DNA of 64,000 bases, from assembly GCF_000181795.1 (NCBI RefSeq), contig NW_003526941.1, positions 688,266-752,265 of the forward strand, in the 5' to 3' direction. The notes beneath the pieces were generated by a model. That model searched no databases, was not told the origin of the DNA, and was given only the letters and a program-made list of their open reading frames with translations. Shown here piece by piece: positions 37,213-55,455 of this stretch (position 1 is its first letter; each line of letters begins with the position of its first letter). A program made the translations under genes and the position numbers. The DNA is from Trichinella spiralis (taxonomy: Eukaryota).

Positions 37213-40200
37213 GAGCAACAGTATTCGAAGAAGAAAGAGGTGGCGTCGGTGGCTTCAAAGCCCCAAAGCCACTGCGGGTGTTCCAACGATGCAAACCGAT
37301 GCTTCCCAAAAAGTTTCCAGAACCTCGTGCCGTCGACACCGTCTTGCGCAGAGGTGATCCTCCTCGAGGATTACTTCGAACTTCTCCACTACTGAAACCG
37401 GGCGTTGAAGACTTCTTCATTCGACCACGTCCTCTTGTATTTTTCGCAGTCGACTGTTGCGACTGTTGTTGCTGCTGTTGGTGCTGTTGCTGTTGCTGTT
37501 GTTGTTGTTGCTGTTGTTGTTGTTGTTGTTGTTGTTGCTGCTGCTGCTGCTGATTGAGATGATGGTGAAGCTGTTGTTGTTGATGATTCGCCAGAATTGC
37601 ACTTGCATTAGCCGATCCCGACGTGCTACCGGCAACTGTTGTTGGTAATACCGCCAACGACGAACCAGCAGCTTGAATGAGTTGTCTTTCGTCGGCTGAA
37701 TAAGAAAACATGCTGCCGGCGACTCCAACTGCGGCCGAGGAACTGGCTCCTGCCAAAGCCATTGCCGTATTAGCAGCACTCGCCTCTAGCTGTTCACTCA
37801 AGCTGAAGGTGGGTGAAGTGGCGCGAGAGCCAAGAGTTCCTGACGCAAAACTAAAACGAATGGAAAATGTTTTCAAGAGAAAAGCAAAAAAAAATTAAAA
37901 AAAAATTTCCAACAATTACCCAAACAGGCTGTTCAAACTGACTCGCCGTTGACTGCTGCCACTGCCACTGCTTGGACTGCCAAAAAACGGAAATGACAGT
38001 GACAAATTTCTTCCAGAGCCACTCAACGGTATCACACGTGCTCCGTTCATCATCAACGACTCCAACATTGGCGAATAGTTGGGGGCTGTTGAAAAGCCAG
38101 TAAAACTACTACTACCCCCTCCTGGAGCTCCGGCTCCGGCTCCGGCTATGCCGCTTCCGGCCATCTGCAAGCCGAATCGGGCGCTCAAGTCCGTAGTGTC
38201 ACCGTAGGCAATGGTGAACGCGTTGGCCTGCTTCAAATGGGCGCTGAGATTTTTCAAATGATTCGTAACACCTTCCCGTTGGAAGCAGACTGTAAAATAT
38301 TTTCGCTTCTTTTCCAACAAAACTTTCGCCAACTGCAAGGCGCAAACGATCGATTTGAAATCGTGAGAACACAACAAGCCGGCAATTAAACTACAAAATA
38401 ATAACAATATGTTCATAATATTGCTACTATCTACACAGATATTGGTTGCAGCATTTCAAATGCTCTTTTCTTACTTTGAAATTGGAACAGTTTCCAAAAT
38501 GTGATCGATCATCTTCACATTGCCATGATAGATCATTTTCAGAAAGCATCGCAAGCATTCATGGCGAACAGCCGATCCACCCACGGACGAGTAAATATCA
38601 TAGAGCAATGGGAAAATGCTCTGCACAATCTCTTCATAATGAATGGGCGCGTCTTTCAGCAATACAACTCGTGGATCATTTTCAGGAGTGACCACATTTG
38701 CATTGCTCGTGCCTGAAAAGCAAACAAGAAAAAGTACTTTGAAATTTATTTAAGATGAAAACGAAATAGAATAAAAAGACCACTTTGTGCATTAATTTCT
38801 TTCGGCTTTCGTTGAATTGGCAAAGAAGAGCCTGTTTCTTCACAAATTTGTGTCATCTGTATCAAATCGATCACGTACGACTGGCCAAGAATGCTCAAAC
38901 TAATCTCTTCCTCTTTTGTCTGATATGCTAGCTAAAAACGGAGGGGGAAAATTTAAAAAAAAAAGCAATATTAACAAACAAGTCATTGGTCAATAGTAAT
39001 AATAATAATTTTTTAAAGTGTACTTCCAAAACGCGGCTATCGGAATGAGAATAAGAACGCCAAACGCCTCGCTCATCTTTAAATGACCAAGTGGCCGCGT
39101 CACCAATGTTTCCGTGCGGTTGCAACAATGAATCCACTTCAAACAAACCTTCTGTCGGCAACGATGGAAGTAATTCACTAACAATTTAATAATATTTCAA
39201 AATTAATTATCAAAGAATAGAATAAAATAAAATGAAAAAAATTCATCTCACCCAATCAGCAACACCAGTTCGTACATTTCTTGTGGTGTTCGACTCAACA
39301 ACTGAAAAAGACAAGATGTATCCATTAACAAATGCATCGACAATACAACAGAAAATTTAATTTAAACCAAAAAACAAATTCATACCTCTCGACTGTCAGA
39401 CTTTTCCTCCGTACTGCCAGTTAGCAAAAATCGCAAAATAAAAACAAAACCTATACAATGAATAAAATTTACATAAAGGAATACACTGAAAAAAAGTTGT
39501 GAAAAATCATACTGGAACTGACGAGAGAAACGGTCAACGTCGGACAACTACGGCATATCAAGTGCATCATTCGGATAACATTTACCAAAGTTCCGGAACT
39601 TATCACCGGCGGAACAGCAATCAACTGAAGAAAAAAGAATATATATATCTTTTTTTTCACATGCACAATTACAACAACAACAACAACAACAACTGCAACC
39701 ATACCATTTGTTGAATATTGCTCAACAAACCATGTTCGCATATTTTCTGAATTTTATCCGGAGAATGGATTAAATTTTCCACCAACCGCGCAAATGTGAC
39801 GCACATCAACTCAACAGTTTTTTTGTCCTATGAAAAAAAAAAGTTTTAATAAATTTAAAGTGAAGTGCGAAAAAGAAAATACCTGGCTTTTCAAACGTTG
39901 AGTTAGAATGGGCAAAGAGTTGGCCAAATAATCAAAATCTTTTTCAGTTAAATGATAGCAGCAGTTTGACACAATATGCAACGCCGACCGTTGGGAAGCG
40001 AGCGGAAAGAAATCAATAAACATCAAACAACATTCGATGCCATTCTATTAAATTAAATTAAAAAACCCCTATTATTCTCATTATTTATTATTATTATTAT
40101 TATTACAAAAGATGATGATTTTTCAACGTACCGCATTCAGTATATTTTTCCCCAATCGACGAGAGAGCAATTCCAGCGCAGTGAGTGCTTGTTCAGCGAC

Positions 40201-43200
40201 GTCGATACATTCCACACGTTGCAACTGAAAAACAATATAACAAAAATTTCAATTTAACATTCAACAAAATTCCCATAACCATATAAAAATCTTAGATGGA
40301 ACAGATTTCAGTAAGCATTTGCATAAAATGTAAAATTATTCCAGTGACAACCTCACCAAATTCAACTTTTTATTCTTCATTCAAAATCAAATCAAACAAT
40401 TTCTCAACATATGCTAATAATTTGGGTTTATGATGTATTTCTTATTTAAATTCTTCTTTTCTTACAATAACAACTGTTTGTCATCTTCTAAATTTACAAT
40501 TTAAGCAGCATTAATGTCTCTTAATCAAAACTGGAAAAATTTTCTTCCACAGTAATTATTTAAAAATCTTTCACCAAAAAATAACAGTTACACTACTTAC
40601 TTTTGACAAAAGACATGGCACTGCATCCATCAAAGCACTACCTATTCGGGGCGACGCTTCCATGAGATAAGTCAAAGCACGACATGCGTGCGTCATCTAA
40701 TGAAAAAATTTTTTTAAAAGGTTCATAATTCCGGCAAAATTTTTCTAAAAAAATCATATAAATTTCTTACAATATCAAAGTTGTGTTCAGTTTGCAAAAG
40801 TCGGGTCAACACTCGGATCAACTCTTTGAAAGGAAAATTGGAACCAAGTGTTTCTTCGTTACTCATCACAAGTATATTGCACAGTTCAATAAGAGCTTGC
40901 AACTGAGTTGAAGAGTCCTCGTGCTTCTGCATGCTTGACAACAATGATTCGATTCGTTCATTTCCTGGAATATATAAATAAAAAGCATGAATACATATAA
41001 ATAAATGAGAAAAAAAAGCATGCATCGCATTCGTTTCAACTGACCAGACGAAGATCCTCGAAGCAGCAGATTCGTCACTCTGGGACCAAAAGTGCCAAGA
41101 ATACTTGCGTAGCTTGTGCGCAAATCTATAATAAAATTGATTATTAATATTATTATCTGTTGAAATGCAAGAAAATGTTTCATATATGCTTATATCAAAA
41201 ATTCATTGCCTACCAGTGTTAAAATTTGGATCGGACGTGTTCGCGGGATTGTTAGCGTCGCTTGCGGCCGACGACGTGGCATGACCACTTCTAAAAAGTA
41301 CAATAACGCTTTGAACATGAAAAATTGATACTGATCAGAATAGAAGAGAAGCAAATTGAGCACTTGGTTGCGTTCGGCTTCTGCGCTTTCCCTTTCTTTT
41401 TGCCACCTTGTGAACGACTGTTACTTTCCATTTCGTTCAAATCTGTTTTCGACGTATGCGATGCAGACTGTGTCTGCGCTTGTCTGTTGCTTAATCGAGA
41501 AGATCTGAGAAAATAAAAAAAAAACACCATTTCACAAACACATCAGAGTCGCTTTCAACCACGTCAACCGATGCTTGACGTAGTCAAATGAATACAGAAA
41601 ACAAATCAAATCGAAGCTGCTGTTGAGACAACAGAAAAAGCAGGTGCAACGTGATCTATCCAAGACTGAAAAGTAGCAATCAAAATAAAAAAGATAATTA
41701 CTTGCTCTTCTGTACTCCAGACGTAGTGGGTAGGGGCAGTTGCTGTTGCTGCTGCTGCTGCTGTTGTTGTTGTTGTTGTTGTTGTGTTCTACAAAAAGTA
41801 TCGCCTTGACCTGATATAAACAAAGCAACACGAAAGCAATATAAAAACAAAAAAAAATAAACACACATCCAAAATCCCCCAAAAAAACGGAAAACAGTCC
41901 CGCAATTTTCGCTTCATTTAAAAAAATATCAACTTTGCAAACGCGCAATTCAAAAACTAACAATAGCAATAGATGCAACATTTCTGCAAACTTATAATAA
42001 ATATAGTTTGAGTATTACGAAGCTGTCGATCGAATTTAGCTTCTTTTTTTAGTCTATCAGTTTAGACCAAAAAGTTTCCCATTAATGATTTTTAAAATGA
42101 AATTCAGTGTTTCAAAAATAAGTCGGAAGAAAATGCAACGCCACTGCTTCGCAGTTACGCCTATCACACTTGTTTACAACAGCTAATTTCGCAAATGTCA
42201 AACGGCCGCAGACTTCACCATTTTTTATCAATTCTAACTTGATCATCATTTCACATGTACTGTGCTTGAGGAATAAATTTCAATGCTCGATAAAATTTTC
42301 ATTAAACCAATCAAATGCGCTTCAAATTGACCACAACAAAATTAACAATGACCGTAGCAAAGAATAAATTAATCAAAAACAACTTATCAAAGATTCACAC
42401 AGTTGATGTGATAAAAAAAAACAGAATACAAAAAAAACATTAACAAACGACGGTTAACGCTGAAGTGCAATAGTTAAAAATAGAACAGATTTCGAAGACA
42501 AATGAAAGAAAAGGAAACAAGTCGAAGAACACTCAAAAATGATAAAAAGACCATTACTACTTTCTCTCTACATGCCGACTGCTCGTTTCCTTTTCAAAAG
42601 CATAAAAACTATTTATAGTTTGAAAAATGCTAAGAAAGGAATTTTACATCGGTCAATGAATAATAAGCGGAACATATAGTGTGAAGAAAATAATGAAACG
42701 CGCGCGTCACCGATACGCCTGATTTACTTAAACCGCCCGTCCACACAATTTTTCTCTCATAAAACTGCAACTGATAACCTACTTTTAGAAAATTCAAATC
42801 GCCAAGCAGCAGCTCCCTGTGCTTGCTGCTTGAAACATAGAAATCATTCAGAGCTGCAAGAAAGCATGCATAAACACAAACACGGATCGCCTCTTGATGA
42901 GAAAAACTGCAGAACAATACATAAATAAATGTAAATAATGAATCGATAAAAATACCGATCAAAAGTAAAGTTAAAAACAGCAAACCGAAACAGAAAACGC
43001 AGACAGTTTAAATCTTGAACGGAAGGAAAACAAGAATCACCGCGTTGTGAAAACAGCATAACTGAAGACTTCCGTCTAAACACGCTGGTCGAATGAAGTG
43101 CAAAAAACAAAACCAATTCAAACTCATAGCATAAATATGGAATGAAGAAATAAAAATCATAATAATGCATGCAATTATTTCACAGAAATGAAGAGATGAA

Positions 43201-43623
43201 AAATAATAATAATAACGAACCTATGTATGAAGGATCTCGTTATACGTTTATCAGTACTGACTGACGGAAAGTAATCGACCAGATCGGCCAATGATCTGGA
43301 ACTTTCACCGGCACTGGACAAGGAAGCTGACGAAGACGAAGGGCCAGTTCGACTGCCACTCGCGCCGTTTTTCGAATTTTCACCACTCTGTTCGGTTGTT
43401 TGCTGAATTTTGGCTTTCTTGCGAATGGGCTTAATAGAAGAAGTTTGTTCTGATTCCAAATTTGATTCGGCTCTTTCGGCTACTGGCCGACCGACTTGAA
43501 CGCGCGACGATCTACAATATACAAGCTTTTCTGTTTTCAATGAAGAAAACAATTTTTTTAATTATAATGGAAAAGGAGCGCAAACTTGGACAACCGCTTA
43601 GGCGGTCTTGAACTTTTGTCCAT
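33926..43623 (-). CDS. TRIP12: TRIP12/Ufd4-type HECT E3 ubiquitin ligase (ARM, WWE, HECT); start codon uncertain
   Basis: [20 protein letters not shown] (ARM); [22 protein letters not shown] (WWE); [32 protein letters not shown]-terminal [34 protein letters not shown] (ATG 43623) splices in frame to SSRVQ; the frame stays open upstream. Confidence 0.93.
37181..37580 (-). repeat. Coding trinucleotide repeats in TRIP12: poly-Gln (~23 uninterrupted, mixed CAA/CAG) and poly-His (~11)
   Basis: (ttg/ctg)n at 37484-37552; (atg)n at 37181-37213. Confidence 0.95.
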
Positions 43624-45055
43624 TCGGTTCCCGTTCCGACGACATAACAATTTATGAGCAATACTAGAGAAAAAACATTTTCAAGCATTAATTCACCTAT
43701 GAAAACAAAATAACCCAACAATAACGAATAAAATTTTTTTACACAACGGATGCAGAAGATCACTTTCAATAAGCAAGCATACAAAGTCTGAGGCAATCGC
43801 CTTCAAACGGGCAATATTTTTCTCTATAAATATATATATACATAGATAGATAAATCTATTTATGTATATATATATTGTTTTTTTTCGATTTATCTCTACT
43901 GCGCTCAATATACAGTGCGCAAAACTGATTGACGATTTCGTAACACGAAATTCTGCAGTAACCAGGGAACGTTCTAACTGTTAGTGTAACTGAAAATAGA
44001 ACATGAAATCATCTTCTAAAAAACTAATATAATATTCAGCGATCATCAAAACACAAACCACTCGATCAAAACTCAACAAAATTAATGATTACAAGACGAA
44101 ATTACAGTACACCTTAGGCATATGACAAAGCTGAGAATCAATTTTTCCAAACGTTAACATAAACATCGTTTACCCAGAAATAAATAAATTAAAATTTATT
44201 TATACTAATTTAACAATTAAAACATGTTAAATTCAATATTTTTTTCCAAAAATAACTTCACAAACATCATTATATTACAACAGTCAAACTTCTTCATATA
44301 CAGTACAACATAAAAATAAAGATTACAATTATAACATCATTTATTCGAAATCGGACATTCGCTGGATTTTGTAGTTTTCAACATTTTCATAACAAATCAT
44401 TTTTAGACAAACTAATTTATTTGAAAAAAAATTTGAGACAAGCAATTTATTTCTACAAATTATTTGAAATGCAAAAAATATTTTTCACAACAATTCGAAT
44501 CTAAAATAAGACTAGAAAATTAAGCATGGCATTGAAAACTAACTTAAATTTTTTTCAATACCTCTTATAAACCTTTTATACGTTTCTTTATTAAAAAAAT
44601 TACTTAATAAATAATTTAATTTATAAATTTAATCAAATTAAAATGAATAAAATTTAAATTTATTAAGTAATTCGTAATTAATCAAAAATACCTCTTCAAA
44701 TAAAAAAGAATTATAAAACGTTTTCATCCATACTCATTAATTCAATGACCTCTTACTTAATTTTTGTTTTTTATGAAAAAATAATTACAGTATACTTTTT
44801 GTGATTATATTTGAAAATTATCCAGCACGCTTTAATCTTTCATCTATTTTCGATTATTCTTTTGAAGGTAGGATTTTTTTCAGTTAATTTTATTATATAT
44901 GCTTTTATGAATTATTTGAATTTCTTGTTGTGTTGTACGTTTTCCTGTTTGAAATTTTTACTATAAATTATAGTTCACGGTCAAGTTAAATATTTTATTA
45001 CAGTAAACTGTACAATTTAGATTAAAATTTCTTTTTTATAAAGTGCCAATCGAAG

Positions 45056-45801
45056 ATGAATCGAGAGGAGAAAATATGGATGAATTTTTTTGATAATGCC
45101 GGCATTGAACATTCTGTAAGTCGTGAATATTCAAGAATATTTATTGAAAATCGAATGAAGCCCACAAATTTGCGTGATTTGACGAAAGATTTGCTAACTG
45201 ATATGGGTATACACGCTGTTGGCGATATTTTAAGCATTCTGAACGCTGCTAAGAAAGTATCTCTTGTCGATGATGATAAACTTAGAAATAAAACTATCAA
45301 GCTGAATTCTTCGAATGTTGAAGCAATGAAGCGACAAAAAGTCACTCTTTCTTCAGGTATGCATTTTTTAGTGCAAAATGTAAATAAAAAAGTTCATTGT
45401 ATGGTTTTATGATATTTTTAGGGAAAGAAAAGGCGAAGCAAAAAGAGAGAATTATCACGAATTCCGCTCCCAAGGGAAATTCGATAGTGACAAAGACAAC
45501 GAAGTTACCACAAACTCAAGTTAGCCGCAAACGGACAGGAAGCGTTTTTGATCGTATTGAAATGAAGAACAGTTCTAATAATTTTCCCAAAAGAATTGTT
45601 TTGGAAAAAAACAATAATTCATCGCAGTATAATTTGCAGCAAATGGTTAGTGAAGATGGAAAACGCATGTCAAAAGCGATTCGTCGAACTCCGAAATCGA
45701 AACTAGTAAACACAGTGAAAAAGTCATCCGTTTTTGATCGTTTGGGTGACCGTAAAAAGAATGAAAGAACGTTATCTGTTTTTCATCGCCTTAGTACATA
45801 A
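45056..45801 (+). CDS. C19orf47-like SAM-domain protein (2 exons: 45056-45357, 45422-45801)
   Basis: WMNFFDNAGI..YSRIFIENRM..LRDLTKDLLTDMGIHAVGDILSILNAAK resembles the C19orf47 N-terminal SAM-like domain; repeated SVFDR(I/L) motifs in the C-terminus. Confidence 0.8.
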
Positions 45802-46562
45802 CTTGTATTGTTTTTTTTGTATTTTTGTATTATTGCCTATTGTGTAATTGAGTAAACGTGATAACATTGTAAATATTTCTGAAAGTGACCATCATTTTGA
45901 AATTATTTTAGAATTGCAGATGTTCTATTGTGGTATTTTTGAATCCGAATTATACAGTTTAATTATTCGTCTATCAATTTTATTCATTCACACATCACGT
46001 GAACATTTTATGCTGTTTGTGTTAAAAACAGAGCGCATCACTTATATTGAACCTTGTATACTTTATGGTCTGAGCATAAACTGATAAAATTTTCTGGATT
46101 TAATTGCTATTCATATTAAAAGCACTTATGCATCACATCATTCATTTTGGAAAATTCTTCTTTCACTTTAATTTTGATTAACTGCAGTTATTATTCAGCA
46201 ATTATTTATTATAATCATGAAGGGTTTATAACCATGAAGTTATTTTTAATTATTTTAACGTTTATTATAAATTTAATGAATTCAAAAATTATTGTAACAT
46301 TTAAGCATGAAAATTGATAATGCTAATTATTTACCTTAAAATGTAATTTGACAAAATTATTAATGCAGTTCAGTTATCATTTCTCAAAAAATTTAAACAA
46401 ATTAAATACATACATCAATTTTTGATAAAACAAATTTTTACTATTCCGTTTACCTTTTAGACTTTGAAACAAATTTATGTGAATTATGAGTCATCTCCTT
46501 AGTACTGTGCAATGCAAATTCATTTGAGCTTGAGTTTTCATACAGTACTCCTATTGTGCTAA

Positions 46563-47558
46563 ATGTGTTCAGTAATTGCCCAGTTAGTTTTAGATTTTCA
46601 AGTAGATTGCGTTGAGTTCTGCACATCAATTCATGAAAGTTTTCGTAATTTTGCTTGCGCTTTATATGAACTCAATGACTTAGGGGATAAGAATGGTGGT
46701 GTTGTTATTGGCAAGTATGACTTTCAGGAAAATCAGCTAGTTGAAATCGATCGTTGTACTGGTCCAGGCGTTTATCAGTTAATCTGGGTTGGAGAAGATC
46801 GCATTTTAACAGCCAATTCAGATGGTTCTTTGCGCCTAGCTGCACAAACACACACTGACGTTTGGCATTGGTTTTCATCAGTTCCACTTAGCAATTGTAC
46901 CATTTTATCAGTTCTGTCTCGTAATGAGACGAATTTTGTCGCTTCTGATGCAGGCGGTTATGTTCATATCGTTTCGCTTGACGAAGCTGATTTTCAGTTA
47001 GAGAAATCTTGGTTAGCGCACAAACATTCAGGTTATTTCAAAAGCGCTTGCGAAGTGTGGTCTTTGGCAAAGGATCCGAATTCTTACCATATATTGTATA
47101 CCGGTGGCGAAGATGGTCTGCTGAAATTATGGGATTGCAGAATACAGCTGTTGGAAGCCGAGTTAATGAACAGTTTTCATCGAGCAGGCGTTGTTTGCAT
47201 TCGCCCTAATCAACAACGATCGCACATATTGGCGACGAGTGGTTATGATGATTTGCTGGCTTTGTGGGATATTCGAAATATGCAGCAATGTATCGATTTC
47301 ATTGACCTCAACAGTGCTGCGTGGACAATTCGTTGGGACAATGAGAATGATCAAATGCGTCTGCTTTGCGCTTGTTTATCAGAGGGAGTTGTGGAAATAA
47401 GCGTAGAAAATGAATCTACCTTGAAATTGACAAGAAAAGACCAACGTTTCGGTGCCAGTTTGGTTTACGGATGTGACTGGTTATGTGCAAAGGACAACAC
47501 TGTAATCTTTTGTACCTTTAAATCGAAATCAATTTATTTAGCCAAGTTTAAAGACTAG
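46563..47558 (+). CDS. DPH7: Diphthamide biosynthesis WD40 protein (diphthine methylesterase, WDR85), single coding exon
   Basis: DCVEFC, FACALYEL, WLAH..EVWS, LYTGGEDGLLKLWDCR, HRAGVVCI, LATSGYDDLLALWDIRNM, AWTIRW and LVYGCDW follow the DPH7 motif order. Confidence 0.88.
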   Translation: MCSVIAQLVLDFQVDCVEFCTSIHESFRNFACALYELNDLGDKNGGVVIGKYDFQENQLVEIDRCTGPGVYQLIWVGEDRILTANSDGSLRLAAQTHTDVWHWFSSVPLSNCTILSVLSRNETNFVASDAGGYVHIVSLDEADFQLEKSWLAHKHSGYFKSACEVWSLAKDPNSYHILYTGGEDGLLKLWDCRIQLLEAELMNSFHRAGVVCIRPNQQRSHILATSGYDDLLALWDIRNMQQCIDFIDLNSAAWTIRWDNENDQMRLLCACLSEGVVEISVENESTLKLTRKDQRFGASLVYGCDWLCAKDNTVIFCTFKSKSIYLAKFKD

Positions 47559-50214
47559 CAACATAATTTGTGGCAGTTTTATGAATTCACTTTACCGCAG
47601 TTGTAGCAGCTTTTGATTTTTCATGAGAAATGTTGTTTGTCCAAACAGAAAAGGCCTTTTGCAGTTGACCAAGCCGAAATAGCAAATGTGAGATTGTAAA
47701 GCCGACAATAATGAAAAAAATGTACAATACGACGAACAGAAATTCGCGAACAATTTTGATCATTGTTGATCTTTTCTATCTAAATTAAATTATGCAATTA
47801 GTAAAATGTGCATTTTAATAAATAAATTTCGATTTTCGCGGAAATCTGTGTAGTACTGCCTGCGTTGGCCTTCAGTGCGAGAGTCAACATTGGAATTTTC
47901 ATTGTCAGATTTTGAAGAGCAAAAGGTGAATGACCTTGCAGGAACGTGATGCAATTTAAAAATAACTTTGTTCTTTTCATATTAGTATCTACACGGCATT
48001 CATTTTGATCGATTAGTATCGTTAAAACAGCAATTTTCAAACAGTCATATTTGTTTAAGGAAATAGTTATCATTTATGAGGAAGCATCCTAGTCGCAGAA
48101 TAAAAAGTGAAAAACGCTTTTCATCTTGCTGTAAAAGCACCTTTAGATGAAAAATTGAATGAAAAGGCAAACCACATTTATTTAATTTTAAATTTCGAAA
48201 TTAGCATTGTAAAATTATACAGTCAGCTAGCTTTGCTAACAATATTCACGTTATATTTTGATATAATTATATTTGTAATGTAGAATTTTAGTATTTATAG
48301 TATTTAGAGTGCACATAGTGCATTTAGAATGCATATAGACATGGTCATAGGACACATTAGTATGTATTCATTTCATTACTTCAAATAACATCGAAAAATA
48401 TATTATTTAAATAATAGTTATTATTATTATTATATAAAACTGTTATTTAATAGCTACAGTAGTTTATTTTTCATCAAAGAAATAACTCATTTTTCTTTCG
48501 CAAAAGTTACCTTAAGCAAAGTTTGCCGGTGGTTATAATTTTAATATTTATTTTAATTATTTTAAAATGAATACATTTAAATTTATATTGCTTTTTTGGA
48601 TTTAAATAAAAAATTTTATCATTAACCTCATTACATTATTTGGTAAACTTAATTATTTCTTTACAATACCGTAATGCCAACTGTTCACTGTGGGCTTAGT
48701 CAATTGCTTTGTGGTTGAGTATTAAGATTTTTTGTTAGCTTTCTTCATATTTAATGAATCCTGATATCAGCAAACAATGATAAAAGATTGTTTTGAAGGT
48801 TCTTTTTTTATTTTTAATTCTTATTAATGCGAATCTTAATTTGAGTGTTTTGGGAATGTTACATGATTCCCATGTTTGCTTTGAATTTTTATTTCCACAG
48901 TGATTTGTAATATTTAAATGTTTTGTTATTTTTTTTGTTGTTTGCCAAATTGGTTAGTAGATGTTTCTTGTTTCTATTAATTAGTAATTTTATGCTTCCA
49001 TTTTACCTTTTCATTGTGAAACGTTATATATATACTTTGAAATTATTAAATCAAATTGAATATTGTTTATATTTCAATTCCACTTGCATCTTATGCCTTA
49101 TCTTTCTTAATTGTAAAAGTTTTTATTGTAATAAGATTGTTTGGTTTTTATAAAGTTAGTAATATTTTAAATATTAATTTATAAAAAATGATTATAGTCT
49201 CTTCTATAGATGCATTTAATTTGGAAAACAATTAAAGTTTTGCGCAATAAATTAATTGTAATATGGTTTTACAACGATTTTTGCTTAATTTTATGCATCA
49301 GCATATTTTATGCATTATGTTGGCTTGCTTTACATTTTCTATAGCTGACCTCTATTTTTCTACGTTAACAACCGGATGTTTTTTTTGAAAAGGTTATCTT
49401 TTTTTTTTTATTAATTTAATGCAAATATTTGGCTGAATTGTATATTTTGGTTATTAATTTTTGCGTTTTATAAATCTTTGAGCAAGTAGGCCGGTGAAAA
49501 AGTATCTTTGCTGAAACTGGTGCTAGTTGTGCCACTCTCAGGTTGCTTGTTGTTCGTCCATGTCATCGGTTAGATTTGTTTTGAGCTGTCTCTTTATTCG
49601 CTGTTGGCATTGCTTTTACGTAGCTAGCCAGTTCTTTTGTATGTTTACTTCATATCTGCGTTATGCTTTGAAAAAAAATTCCCATTGTTATTTACATTTA
49701 ATTTCAACATTTTTTACTGTCCACATTTCACAATAAAATTTATTTTCTTTATATAGTTATTTAAAAAGTGTTTTATTTGAAAATTTTTAAGGCCTGTGGT
49801 TCTTTAATCGAACTGTTTTATTTACATACAATTTCATTTAAAACTTTTTACTGCAGATTTCTTAGCTTTCAGCTTTGCTGTTGAAATGTGATGCATATTT
49901 AAAATATCTTAAATGGTTATATTCAATATTGTTTAATATAGTGTATTGAATCTGAATTTTTTAGCACTACAAAGCTTATTCTTGTTATATTTTTTTAATT
50001 GATTTTTGTAAAATAACGAGTGGTAATGTTCTTTTATTTTCTTTATTAAATATCTTTGTAAAATGTTGCGTTCTGCATTCTTATGCAACTGGATTGGGCA
50101 TTGTTTTGGAGGAAATTTTGTTAAATCGTTCTTTGCCTCACGCGATGCGCATATTATGCAAGTATTTACTCATTTTAAATTTTCTTTTATTTTTTATTCA
50201 AGGTTTTTCTTGTA

Positions 50215-53852
<3,638 letters not shown>

Positions 53853-55455
53853 ATTACAGTTTATTGCCGACGGAAGTGCAAAAGCGAGAAAGTGTAGAAG
53901 AACACTGGAAGCAGCTAATATATTTACGTTTATATGTATTTATTTGTATGCGTAGTATACAGCCTTGCAAGCATGTACACATCCGCACATACGCGAACTT
54001 CCAAATATTACATATAAATATTTATTCATTTGTATATTATATTATTACATTACGTCTTAGTTATTCTTATAATTGTCGTATTGATCTTTATCAAAATTCA
54101 TATGTTCGTTTGCGCTTTCTCATCTGTAGACCTTTTAATAATTTGCTTTTGTTGCATATATTTATATTTTTAGTTTAATAGTTCACTTTTAATTTATAAT
54201 AGCATGCGCGCCACATATATGCATATACATGTATATATATACATAAATGTATGTGTGTTTTATGTATGTATATATTTATTTATGCCATACGATTAAGTGA
54301 TCATCTGTAATGCGTTGAAGAACGGTTCCTTCATTATTTGTACAGCAATGTTTCACAGTTGTTCTCAACTGTTTGTTATGAGTTAGTTCTCTGTTTATGG
54401 CGCTCGATTGCGTGCGGACGCTGAAAAATTGTCAACATTTATTATTATTTTTTTCTTTTTATAGGAAAAATTTACTTAATTCTTTCTGCATTCGAAAAAT
54501 GCTGACAATGTTATTTCGTTTGTTTGTTTGCATGAACCGCAGTTTGTCCTTTTTCAGATGTTATGTATTACAGATAATTTTCAACGGAAACAGTTGGCCC
54601 AGTTGTTGGTTCTAGCTTTTTCTCGATTGTCTGTATGAATAGAGCTGTGCATTTTCATGAGAATTGTTTCCAGCCGCGACAGATGCCCAGTTATGGACCG
54701 CATGATAATTAAATTTTCCAATATATATATTATTTTAATCTAATTTTTGAACGATTCCTACCGCTAACTGAAAATCTTGAATTAAAGTTTTATGTTTATC
54801 GAATTGAATAAGAAGTGAAAATAGCAGTAGTAATAGAATAATACTGTTTAATTATGTGAAGACTGTCTCTGACTTAAGGTGGCTATCCAAAGACTTATTC
54901 TCGAGTAGCGTGATTTGGTCGCATGTCTGACGACGACAATTTCATCTGCTATACCATAGCAACGTTAAAGCGTCTACGCTGTATTTAACTATGTTTTTTT
55001 TATGTTATTATTATTTTAGCATGAATGACATGTAAAATTATGGGAAAAATCTTAACAACGTCCTGCTATAAATCTAGCATATCACTCGTACATGTACTAT
55101 ATACATTTATTGCTTGTCTATCATTATGATTCATATAATATTTTAAAATTTCTTACTACAGCGCTGTCGGAATATAACATAGGACCATCTGTAGTAAAAA
55201 AGGATTTTCAGTATCATAAAGTTGTTTCAGTTAACAAACTTGATTTCTCTTGATTACGGTATACGGTACAGCAATCGTTATACGATAGCCTATACGTTTG
55301 TAACTTCTTATCAGTTCCATAGGATTATAAACTTTGTGCATCAAAGATTATGTTTAAATATAATTAAATCGATTTTTATAAAATACAAATATTCAGGTTG
55401 GTCATTTATTTTATTTCAGTTTATTTTTGAGAAATCGTTTGCATTTGTTGAAAAA

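Noticed and set aside
44845..44900. Spliced-leader-RNA-like TTTTGAAG|GTAGG
   Set aside because: More simply a 5' UTR donor for the C19orf47-like gene; no clear SL RNA stem-loops.
47600..48100. Possible small minus-strand gene downstream of DPH7
   Set aside because: Short open frames, but I could not build a consistent spliced model or recognise homology.
54856..54930. Possible C/D-box snoRNA (GTGAAGA..CTGA) between DDX3 and FIS1
   Set aside because: Imperfect C box, no convincing terminal stem, and guide complementarity cannot be verified here.
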